Made by a program: the position numbers and the translations under genes | Assembly: GCA_965178125.1 (NCBI GenBank) | Contig: OZ237755.1 | Coordinates: 981,398-1,001,397, forward strand | DNA length: 20,000 nucleotides | Direction: 5' to 3' | Source: Bilabrum cf. latius | Lineage: Eukaryota | Notes under the pieces: model-generated | The model's input: only the letters and a program-made list of their open reading frames with translations | The model's database searches: none | Told to the model about the DNA's origin: nothing | In this document: in pieces, positions 1 through 9,926 of the stretch | How positions within the stretch are numbered: the stretch's first letter is position 1 | Layout: every line of letters begins with the position of its first letter

Positions 1-62
1 CTAGCACAAGGGAACTGTCGTAGGATGGAGAAGAGGATCACAGGGTCGTACTGCTGCGGCAT
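1..62 (-). CDS. Possible 5' end of a gene running off the left edge of the window (MPQQ...)
   Basis: The minus-strand ATG at 62-60 sits in a GCCACC-ATG Kozak context. It is followed either by an open frame (MPQQYDPVILFSILRQFPCA) or by a GTACGA donor-like site and a pyrimidine-rich tract. Too short to identify. Confidence 0.3.
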   Translation of the reverse strand, partial: MPQQYDPVILFSILRQFPCA

Positions 63-161
63 GGTGGCGTTGGACTCGCTTTTCGAGCCAAATACAGCTG
101 ATCAATTGATTGCGAAGTGCATGCGTATATAGGCCGTTATCATTGCAATCAAGCAGTGTGG

Positions 162-1025
162 TCATGATCTGGCATTTCTGGCCCGTTCGTGCTGTTCGCC
201 CGCAGATTCCACAACAGCTAGAACAGCGTTCAGCGGCCGTCTACCGCCTGCTTTACCAAATCTTGAACGGTGCTGCGGCTCACTGCGCACTTGTTTTCCT
301 GTTGAAGATACAAATCCGCCCCTGCACTTCCACCTTCCTGTCGAGCTCGTGACCGAACCACATCCTGGCATGCCCTGTGAACCGCACGCTGGTGGGTGCG
401 AGATCTTGTCGCACCTGGACGGCCGCAGACACTGCGCACAGTAACGAACACGACGGCTCTTGCTACTGCGCATTCCTTTTCTCGTGAGCTAAGCGCCATA
501 TCGTGGAGTTCCCGTTCCCCTTCCGGCAACTGGATTCGACGCATCCATGAGCGAATCTGAGGCAGCTATGTTGCGGTCATTGGTCCCACCGATGTGCCTG
601 CACCGGCAATGCATCGCCGAAGGGGTGCGCCTCCTGGACACTGATATGCCAGCGACTGCAACATTCGGTCCGCTCGCTTGCGGAGCGGCTCGGTCTCCCA
701 GTGCTACGACGTGACGCGCTGCTGCCACCTTTTGCTGATGCAACAATGATTTTGTCGCTTCGGTAGCACGACTCGATATGGCTGCTGCAGCCTACAGAGC
801 GTATTTGTGGGATCGACCGACCCTCTCCATTTTCAATTCTCGCCTGCTCATGCAGCTGCTGACTTGCTGGGCTAATTCAGTGCCCATTCGGTATGCCATG
901 GCATGAGCCTGGATTTTGGCAACACCTTGTGATGCTTGAAGGGATTCCCTGGCCGCAATTCGTGAAATGTCAGAACCTCGCTCTCGTGCCTCCGAAACCC
1001 TGGCGCGTGCATCCATCATCCTCAT
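162..1025 (-). CDS. Hypothetical basic protein (~285 aa) if TAG is sense
   Basis: Track ORFs 792..1178, 489..746 and 162..473 share one frame and are separated only by TAG (792-794, 489-491). The frame ends at TGA 162-164. Candidate Mets at 1025/1019/1016 lie just downstream of an AT-rich patch. No family recognised. Confidence 0.4.
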
Positions 1026-1263
1026 CCGACTACGTCCAGTGCGTCCGATTCCTCGTGAATATTTGCTTTGAAATAAAAATGGAAATACCGAAGACTGCTG
1101 TGCGCTCAATAGACAATGATATGCGTCAGACTTGGATATAGATGAAGCCTCAACGGCTCGGCGACATGATGAAGCCAAACCGGAACCATGCGACGGGTCG
1201 ATCTTCTACTCCAATCGCCCTCATTTCTCCCTCCTGAACACCAATCCTGGCTCACACTCAGGA

Positions 1264-3006
1264 TTATACTGGTCCGCGCCCCGCCGTCGCACCGCCTCCC
1301 GCACCGCCCCGTTGCGCGCTCCCAGGTAGCGACTACGTCCCTCCGGCAGCCACACCACCGGGATGCAATGGCCGCGGAGCGAACCCAAGAGTCTGTGGGC
1401 TTGCTATCCCGCCAAACTGTACATACTACTAAGCATACGGAGCCATGGGTGGCCTGCCGTTCGCAGGACTGCCGTATGGTACCCCGGACAAGGCAGGGTA
1501 GGCAGGGCGCGGAGGTTGGGCCCCAATCGGCCACTGTGCGTGCGGGACGCCAGGGGGCGGGGTGCCCTGCACGTGGCCTTGCCCGGGAGAGGCGCTCGCC
1601 GGTCCTCGCAGCATGCTCAACAAATGGGCGGCGCCGCGGCTTGCTCCTCCGGCGCCCGGCTGGCCAAGTGTCCGCGGGGGCGTCATTGTGCCTGGCAAAC
1701 CAGCAGGCACTCGGGGTGTTGGACTCCGGAGCATGGCTATCTGGGCCAGCTACTAGGCCCTTGCAGACTGTCCTGTCACCTGCATATGAGAGATTCCAGC
1801 GGGCCCATGGCCTTGGCGCATCCTATCTGCAAGCTCGCGCTACCTGGCGAGGTCGGCTTGCTCCTGCCCCTGGCCGTGCAGGTGCTCACTTCTAGCGGCT
1901 GCTCTCTCCAACGCAGCGCGACGGGCCTCGGAGATTCCAGTGCCGGGGCTAGACCACGAATGCTATGCACCCTGCAGGGACGCATGGGAACTGGCAGGAC
2001 TGTCCTTCCAGAGTGGAGCGGCCTCACCACTGAAAGCTCTGGTGTCTGGCAGCGCATCTGGCTGGGTGCCCCACCCAGTCGCCGTGTCTAGCTGCTCCGC
2101 GCCGAGGTCACTGCTGACAGGGGTGTCCGGAGACGAAGGTGCGCCACGCTCATGTTGCCTTGAGTGAACATTCTACCCGTCCTAGTCACCCCCTTCTTTG
2201 CCCTCGCCCTCGGTCTCTTCCGACATGACCAACCTGCCCAGCTTACTCACTGCAGAGCTCTCATCGTGCGCGCCAGCAGCCTGGTCAGCTGCATGCTCCG
2301 GGCGCTATCGACCAGTGCGTTGACTCTCTGCCTGTAGCCGAGCTTCAAAACGCTGGGTGGTGGCAGCAAACTCCTCGAGGGATACTCCACCGGCCTGCAC
2401 TGCTGGGCCTGATAGACCAGCACCGGCCCACGCAGGCTCATCCGTCAAGCCTGTGGCACCTTCAGCCGATTCCCTACGCCATGATTCGGCCATTCGCAGC
2501 TACATTTGCACTACATCCAGGCCTTCAGCTCCTGACGCCACCTTGCCTGTATCATTACTGCCTGTATTCCCAGCCCCGAAAGTCTGTTCGTCAATATCCA
2601 CCATGTGGTCTCCGGCCCGTAGCCCCCCTCTGCTACCACTCTGTGTTACAGTGCGTGGCGTACCAGTCTATTTCCTTTTCTATCGGATCTTCTTTGGAAA
2701 ACTGCGATCTGATAGGCCGTACTCAAGCACTCCATAGCGCCGCAGTGCACGTACAGGCCGCGACTCCCCCACTGGGATACCCTCAGGAAAAGACGACGCC
2801 AGTGTAAGCGATTTCAAGGATATAAGCTTATCCATTGTATATGATGGCTTCTAAGACTCCTGCTGAACTTGGACCTTCCGTCTTTGCTAGTCTCTTGCAC
2901 CAGTCAATAGAGCACCAGATGCTCTTCGAACCTCAGCGCTACCACTCTTCGGCTTTTCTTGTTCATTTCCTTTCAGTATCCCCAGTAGTAGCTTGGAAGG
3001 GTCCAT
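1264..3006 (-). CDS. 580-aa low-complexity protein with an eIF4E-binding-type motif; putative 4E-T/Pat1-like mRNA repression/decay scaffold
   Basis: One frame runs from ATG 3006 (MDPSKLLLGILKG) to TAA 1264-1266 with 15 in-frame TAGs and no TAA/TGA. It contains YTMDKLI (YxxxxL-hydrophobic, 2821-2841), DEQTFG (2575-2592) and a G/P/Q/A-rich C-terminal half. The CDS is well supported; the function is inferred from short motifs only. Confidence 0.72.
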
Positions 3007-4125
3007 GCGATCAAAACGATTAGCGAAGCACTCCCAATATACTGTGAACCTGATACCAGTAGCGATAGCAGGTCGATCTGTGCTTTCCAGCTTCTCCCCC
3101 GGTACTCTTAAAAATTAGCTTGTAGAATCGAAGCTTGAACCTTTTATTCTCAGTCAAACTGATCGATGTTGAAACTTGAGGCAATCCAGACAGAGATTCC
3201 GAAAGCCCACGCTACAATCTAGAAATCAAGGCTGGTTGAACCAGCAGCATGAATCCAGCACGAAAATCCAAGGAAGGCGCTTCTTGTGGTTCACGACTTG
3301 CTACTGCGGCGTGAACATGCAGCGGACTTATGCAGTGCTGCACGCAGCGTGTTGTCCATGAATCGCAAGGCCCACCGTACTCGAGGGAAGTGGACACCAG
3401 CTGGAAGGCGATTCCAGTTTGCGGTCCGACAGAGAGTTGGACGGCCTTAGGTTGGCTGCCAGCGTGGGTTCCGCCGGTACTGTCGATGTGAGTGCCGGTG
3501 CAAACTTGGGTGCGTTTGCACAGCAGGCCTTCATCCTCCTACTAACTGCATGGAGCCAACCGCGCTCAGCAATGGGGGGTCGGCTGGGCCGTCGACACGG
3601 CCCGTGACGTTGATGGCACTGCCAGGGACAGGCAGGCTTGCTTGTCACAGCCAAGTGTGGGGGCATTGTGGCAGGCAGTTGCAGCACCAGTATCCCGTGG
3701 GAATATATCTGTACCATAAAAAGTCTACATTCGTTCCGCTAGTGGGATATGACCAGCTGGATCTCCCACGATTCCCTCACCACCACGTTGTGTACTTGAA
3801 GCCATGCCGGTGGAATCAAGCATAATATATCCTAACCCTACCCTGCTTACCAGTGGGCCAGCCTTCCCACATCACACTGACCACTGGCAGTGTGTGCACC
3901 GGCATCAAGCTGAGCTGCCACAGCCTGCTGAGCAAGCTACGGCATTGCCCATCGCACTAATCACATCATGATTGTCACATGCCACTGGCAGTGGCGGGGC
4001 TGGCTGCTTCTGTGTGCCACTGGCGTGTTGCGCAGTTGCTTTCGTATACACGTTTTCAATTGCCATAGCATCCCCCAAGGCGTTGGAAGTACTTTCCTGC
4101 CACGCTGCCACATCGATTGCCAGTA

Positions 4126-5439
4126 ATGGCGGCGGTGAACCATGGTCGCACGGGGTCTCGAAGTTCGGAGCCGTCAGCAGGCTCAGCAGGCCAAATAATT
4201 CTTGCTACCGCCTCATACGATGGCACTATTAGACTGTGGGAGGCTTTGCGGGGCATCTGTTGGAAGGTAGTTTCACTACAAGACAAAGTGCAAGTCAACA
4301 AATTAGCTATAACCCCGAACAAGAAATATATTGCCGGTGCGTGCACCCAAAAGATAAGATTATGGGACATTTCAGCTTCTAAGAATGAGCCGATGTGCTC
4401 ATACGAGGGACACGTTGGAAATGTTACAGCTGTTGGGTTCCAGAGAGTTGGGAGGTGGATGTACTCGGCAGGTGAGGACGGGTCCATTCGAGTTTGGGAT
4501 CTGCGAGCTCCCAAATGTCAGATGTGCTTCTGGAATGAAACTGCCACGGGTGCGGTTGGTACAAGAGGCGGGCCAGAGCCAACCACATTTGGTGGCGGTG
4601 CACCGGCAGCAGCAGCGCGAGTGGCTGAGGAAGCCGCGAGCTCGGACAAGACAACGGATGCCAAGAATGCAGCTGGAGCTCCCTATCATTACGGCGGAGG
4701 TCAATGTCGGGTGTATTGCGCAGAACTACATCCAAACCAAGGGGAAATCGCTAGCGGTGATGCTGGAGGCAGCGTCAGAGTGTGGGACCTGGTGGCGAGC
4801 AAGTGCAGGGCCGAGCTGAGGCCTGACAAGGGGACGCCAGTAGCTTCCCTCGCGTACGCACGAGACGCTTCCCTGCTTGTTGCCGGTTGTTTTGATGGTA
4901 CAGTGTACGCTTGGCAGCCGCCGGAGGGATCCAAGCATAGCCAAGTGCCAGAGGAGGCGGAGGCCTCCCGAGCCGGAGATGCTGCCGCCAGCCGCGGCGG
5001 GGCAGATACTGACAGGGGGGCCTCTCTGGAAGCCACTCCTCCGGGAGCACCAAGCAGTCCGCATCTCAGTGGAGCCGGTGGGGGCATGACGGATGGGGCG
5101 GGAGGCTACACTCCCGTGAAGAGGCTGCGGGCCCACCGTTCGTACGTGCTAGGTGCCAAGGTGTCGCCCCACATGCGACTCGCAGCCACTGCTTCTGCTG
5201 ATCGAACTGTGCGGCTTTGGTCACTTCCAGACTGGACTAGAGTCACAACGCTGACTGGTCATAGTAAATGGGTGTGGGACGTAGTATTCAGCGCGGATAG
5301 CCAGTACTTGGTCACTGCCTCGAGTGACGGACAGGCCAGGCTGTGGGACTCAAGCGGAGACACCATTGCCACGTACGTTGGGCACGAGCGGGCGGTCTGC
5401 TGCGTCGCAATGCACGATGCGGATGCGACTTCTGATTAA
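4126..5439 (+). CDS. LST8: Target of rapamycin complex subunit LST8 (WD40 repeat protein)
   Basis: The segments ILATASYDGTIRLWEALRGIC, QVNKLAITPNKK, YEGHVGNVTAVGF, WMYSAGEDGSIRVWDLR, LHPNQGEIASGD and GHSKWVWDVVFSADSQYLVTASSD match the LST8/GbetaL pattern. Single exon, no in-frame TAG, ends in TAA. Confidence 0.95.
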   Translation: MAAVNHGRTGSRSSEPSAGSAGQIILATASYDGTIRLWEALRGICWKVVSLQDKVQVNKLAITPNKKYIAGACTQKIRLWDISASKNEPMCSYEGHVGNVTAVGFQRVGRWMYSAGEDGSIRVWDLRAPKCQMCFWNETATGAVGTRGGPEPTTFGGGAPAAAARVAEEAASSDKTTDAKNAAGAPYHYGGGQCRVYCAELHPNQGEIASGDAGGSVRVWDLVASKCRAELRPDKGTPVASLAYARDASLLVAGCFDGTVYAWQPPEGSKHSQVPEEAEASRAGDAAASRGGADTDRGASLEATPPGAPSSPHLSGAGGGMTDGAGGYTPVKRLRAHRSYVLGAKVSPHMRLAATASADRTVRLWSLPDWTRVTTLTGHSKWVWDVVFSADSQYLVTASSDGQARLWDSSGDTIATYVGHERAVCCVAMHDADATSD

Positions 5440-5495
5440 TTCGGTTGCATGAGCAGGCCTACGCCCTTCGCTGGAACTGCGAACGGTAACTAGTA

Positions 5496-5927
5496 TCAAG
5501 ATGATCTGTCTCCACTGCTGGCTGCAAGCAGAGCATCCTGGGCACGGGCCTCGTCTCGTTTTCGTCTTGCCTCGGCAGCCTTAGCCCCAGTCTTAACCTC
5601 TAAATCACGAGATTTTGTTTCAAGGAGCATCAGCCGGTCAATTGCTCGCTTCACTCTCCGGTCGATCGCTTGCAGTCTCTTGCAGTACACCGGAACCAGC
5701 CCTAGTATTCGTTTGGACTCTAGCAATGCGTCCAGCTGTTCTCCTGATTCGAACCGCTTTGCCTGGGACAATTCTCGCTGGGACGCCTAGAGCAATCGTA
5801 CTTGCGCCGCGACGACATCCTCCAGGCGAGCACTGTTGTCATCAAGCACTGGAACTATCCAGGTCAACACGGACTCGCGCGCATCTTTTGCAACCTACAC
5901 AAGCGCCTCCCTTTGCTAACCAGACAT
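5496..5927 (-). CDS. BLOC1S6: Snapin/Pallidin-family coiled-coil protein, most like BLOC-1 subunit 6 (pallidin), 143 aa
   Basis: Reading through TAG at 5916, 5895 and 5787 extends ORF 5496..5771 to ATG 5927. The pattern PVLDDNSARLEDVVAAQVRLL...Y(C)KRLQAIDRRV, followed by a charged C-terminal helix, resembles pallidin as recalled. Ends in TGA. Confidence 0.75.
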
Positions 5928-6082
5928 GAGGAACTCTTATGAAATGAAGAAAATGGGTACTAGGAGCTGAGAGCTTCTCAGTGCTTCGGTTGCAGTTCAC
6001 GTCCAATGGTAACGAGCACTTCCATAGCCAAATCGGACTGGCGAACACAAACGCTGCGACACCACAGCAGAACATTAGCAAC

Positions 6083-6758
6083 ATGGTGAGACATGGTGTA
6101 TGCGTCTGTGTCATTTATATTCTAATTTACTTGTGCTACGGGGCTGATTTAGTCTGATGATTTGCGTGCTCAGATGATACAGTTCCCTTCTACTCTTGCA
6201 CTAGCAACCTCGCAGCCGAAGGACGCCAGCAAGAAGGTAAAAAAGGAGAAGAAGGAGAAGAAGGAGAAGAAATCCAAGAAAACTAAGGAGACTTCGTCTT
6301 CTTCGGGTGCTGCCACTGGAGGTGCCGCAATGGAATCCATCCCTGCTCCGCCATCTGCAACTGAGCGAAGGGACTTGCCTCCTGGTGTATCACCGAAGGC
6401 ATTTCCCCTCGCTGATGCGGATTTGACGACCAAACTATTGGATCTTGTTGCATAGGCTGCCTAGCTTCGACTGTTGAAGAAGGGAGCAAACGAGGCAACG
6501 AAGACATTGAACCGAGGCATCACCGAGTTCATCGTCTGTGCTGGAGACGCTGAGCCTATCGAGATTTTGATGCATTTGCCGCTTTTGTGCGAAGACAAGA
6601 ACGTGCCGTACGTGTTCGTTCCCTCAAAGGTAGCTTTGGGCCGAGCATGCGGTGTGTCGAGGTCCGTCATCTCGTGCTCCGTTCTGCAGCAGGAGGGAAG
6701 TGCACTCAAGACTCAAATAGAGGCAGCTAAGGTGGCGATTGATAAGCTTCTTATGTGA
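6083..6758 (+). CDS. SNU13: SNU13/NHP2L1 (15.5K; L7Ae family; U4/U6 and box C/D snoRNP protein) with an N-terminal KKE-rich extension
   Basis: Core sequence: [40 protein letters not shown]...[30 protein letters not shown], where * is TAG at 6453 and 6462. Preferred model: ATG 6083-6085, intron 6086-6215, then [14 protein letters not shown]. The start and intron are less certain than the identity. Ends in TGA. Confidence 0.95.
6086..6215 (+). other. Predicted 130-nt spliceosomal intron directly after the SNU13 start codon
   Basis: GTGAGA donor and CTCGCAG acceptor with an upstream pyrimidine tract. Splicing gives M-PKDASKK in frame. Confidence 0.65.
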
Positions 6759-6867
6759 CTGTATGGATAAATGCCGAATCATTGATACTGTTCAGTTGTT
6801 AGTGCCACTACCGGCCGTGAAATGCACTTAGTCCCCACCAGATAGCCTGTGCTCCGCACGACCCCGC

Positions 6868-7393
6868 TTAATCGCCACCCCCAACCAGCTTCTACTTTGC
6901 CTCATTTATCTTCGATGCCAAAAATGTCGAGCCGCCGCGATCTGGATGATTAATTATAAGCAGCTTCTTGTGACGCTTGTTGATTCTCTCCGGGTCCGTA
7001 TACTCGCGAACTCCTAGAATCTTGGCCGCTTCACTTCGTGACATTTCATCTTCGAATGGGCCCTTATAATACCCTGCCACGGCGGCTCCTCCGACTGGCC
7101 CAGGAGCGCTCACCCAACTGCAGTGGTGCAAGGACAAGGCTACACTGCTGAAAAGTGCCCTGCTAGTAGGCTGCCGGACAAAATTACTATTAGCCTCACT
7201 TATTATAGGCCTCAAGGCCATATCGAGCCGCGATTGCGGCACCTCCCACAGCTAAGCCTCCAGCAAGAAGCAAAGTGGCGCTGTCTGCTTTCGCTGAAAC
7301 ATGCAGTTGCCGGTCAATTTGCCCACGTTTCAGCCCTTTGAGACATGTTGATACTAGCTATTTGGCTACACGAGAAAAACGCGCCTTCTGCAT
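6868..7393 (-). CDS. PAM18: Mitochondrial import motor J-protein PAM18/TIM14 (DNAJC19-like), 147 aa, 2 exons (7393-7200, 7117-6868)
   Basis: YYKGPFEDEMSRSEAAKILGV...HKKLLIINHPDRGGSTFLASKINEAK is the Pam18 J-domain. Exon 1 encodes a basic presequence-like N-terminus (MQKARFSRVAK*LVSTCLKGLKRGQIDRQLHVS) and a hydrophobic segment (LLLAGGLAVGGAAIAARY). TAG at 7358 and 6892 read through; ends at TAA 6868-6870. Confidence 0.92.
7118..7199 (-). other. 82-nt spliceosomal intron in PAM18
   Basis: GTGAGG...ACTGCAG. Removing it joins the hydrophobic segment in frame to the J-domain. Confidence 0.85.
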
Positions 7394-9926
7394 GTACTTT
7401 TTGTCCCAGTACGAGTGCACTATTACGCGAATACACCGAAACCGCATAGGTTCCGTCAGGGGGCTCATTACCGGAATAAAAATCGCCGATTGGGCCTATT
7501 TTCAGGGGCCGTGTTCCAACCATTGAAAACCATTAAAGAGAATAATAACTAATGTAATATGATATTTACTTCATTAATAGTATTTTGTGCAAATTTCAAG
7601 TCTGCAACGTACTTATTGACGAAGATACAGGGGGTGCAGTTCAAGCTGTCGGCCACCGAGCACGGGATTCACGAAATTCGCCCCGGCAGGTCGCATAGGA
7701 GGATATATTTCAGATAGCGTTCATGCTTTCATTCCTCGATGAATCGGCATGATCTTCTCTCTCACACTAAATCTATTTATAATTATACTAATGGCGGTCT
7801 GAAATTGCACGAATTGCAGTTATTGATGCCTGGGTTTGGTGAAGAGCGTGGGCGGGCCGCTGTGAGCAATTTTCGAGGCACCTGCATCCTATTTCCTGTG
7901 CACCCATTGGCCTCATCAGGCGGCTACAGTATGTTATCCGTACAAAAGAGCATTGTAGATCCACACGTGCTTGCTGCTCGCAACCACGAGCCTGGTGCCT
8001 CCCGGTTTCTGCCAGAGGGCTGCATGGTCTGGTTGTAGTTTTTTCTGCCTGCAATGCGTGTTCGGCATACCTGCTGGTTAATACTCTCAATTTTGTGATA
8101 TTTATATATGAAGTATTAACGATGAGCTTTATGGGCATGTGGATCCAGTTATTCGTCTGATGCAGCGTGACTGGCAAGCAACTTGCACTGTCCAAAGATA
8201 GTGTGCATACATCCTTTACATGAGACCTAAGATGAATTTCCGTAGCAGTAATCTAATGCAAAGGACCTTGTTGAACTGCTGCGGTTGCACAGTGCATGTT
8301 CTAGTTTCCTCCGACTCTACATGAGGGCCCTAGTTTGCCTCGACCCCAGGCTGAATACAGCTGCGTCCCAGCTGCCACAACGGCCCATATTAACTTACAA
8401 CACCTAGCAGGCCCCACAGACATCATCTGTTACTATTTAAGACTGCAAGTAGCTACTTTAGCCTGTTTATTGCTAATTGAGAGCTTGCAGCCCCCCGCGC
8501 AGTTGCTAGCAGGCTTGGCACGTCCGCCTCCTTCTCAGGGTTGCACGACCATTTCATGGGACGATCAACAGACGACAACCCCTCTAATTCAGCAATACTA
8601 TGGCTTCAACCATCTGGTAAGGCGGGACTATCAGAACCGTACTATATCTGATGCATGGACCTGCCCCCCAAGGTGCCCCCCGCGACGTGTCACAGCTCTT
8701 CCGTGTGGTTGGGCCTCCTATGCTATACTGAGATTTGGACCGGTGCTCTCAACACTTAACACCATAAAATGTCATCAGCGTTCCTCTGCTAGCCACGCGA
8801 TCCATAGCCTTGCCTTTTGGTCTGAACAGTGGTGGTGTCATGAGCAGTAGCTGCCTGAGCCCGCAGTTGCCGAGCCCCTGCCGTGCAGCCTCATACACCA
8901 AAGCCGCAAAGACAGTCATGCTCAAATGGCAGTAAATATGTCAAAGAGGTTGTGGTTACGCTACCGGGGCATACACAGGGCTGTGGGTCGTGGGGCTTGC
9001 CATGCTCCAATTCCCTTCCACAACTGCTCAACCCTCCGCCAAGTCCGTGGCAACCTTGCTTGACATCTCCTGACCGCACTCACTGCATGCTTACGCCAAT
9101 ATGAGTATTATATGTGTTGCAGGCTTTGCTTCAGCCGTTATGCTTCAAATAAGCCCGGAGGCTGACGCAACAAGCGAACCACTGGTCGATAGCTTACCAG
9201 GGTGCCAGTGCCAGAAAAAGTATGCTGCACATGCTCATACCCCGCAAGACTAATAAGTACTTAATGAAAATTGATACCATAAGGTTCAATTCGCCCAGGA
9301 CATGTGCCTTGCTATAGCGAGGTTTTGCAACTCTTGTCCAGCCTTGCCTGCTCAGGAAATACGGTACTTATGGAATATCAATGGGTTGACGGATACCACG
9401 ACAAGCCAGAATCTATGTATATTTACCCATAAAGCTGCTTGAATTATCGAAATGAGCTCAATTGACACGTTGAAGGTGACCGACGCTTGGCTACGAAGCA
9501 GCACCAAAAGTTAGCCTCGCCTTACCGTAAATTTACAAAGTCAAACGAATATTAACACCCATTAAATGAGATCAAGCTCATTAATATTCAGCTACGATTA
9601 ATTATAGCATGTTTTAATGATGCCAGGAGTAATGAAGAGCCGGTAAAGGGCAGTCCGTTTATGCTGCCTGCTCGCCCGAGATTCCGGTAATGAGCCCCCT
9701 GACGGTTCCGCAAGTAATGGTGCTGTGCCGCCGCGCGAAATGCAGGGTCAACAAATTGTGCTACATTGAGCCGGCTGCTCTTCTCAGTGTGCCCCTTTCA
9801 CTGCGGCAGAGCCTACCAAGTCTCTTTATCTTGTTGGTTAGAGCCCCTCAAATCATCTCCATTTGTTTTCTACCCAGATTGCGTCCAGAAACCGGGAAGT
9901 CTACAGCAGCCTGACAAACCAGCAGT

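Noticed and set aside
1188-2091. Plus-strand ORFs of 235 and 242 aa
   Set aside because: These are antisense shadows of the GC-rich minus-strand 1264-3006 gene, with no recognisable features.
3831-3844. CCTAACCCTACCCT telomere-like fragment
   Set aside because: Only about two imperfect units, which is compatible with chance.
3007-4125. Several 60-130 aa ORFs between the 1264-3006 gene and LST8
   Set aside because: The frames I checked are broken by TAA/TGA or give unrecognisable products even with TAG read-through. Treated as a divergent intergenic region.
6120-6200. Possible intronic box C/D snoRNA in the SNU13 intron (CTGA, TGATGA)
   Set aside because: The CTGA motifs lie upstream of or overlap the C-like box, and no downstream D box or terminal stem was found.
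9270-9300. GGTTCAATTC T-loop-like motif (candidate suppressor tRNA)
   Set aside because: The flanks do not form a T-stem or cloverleaf.
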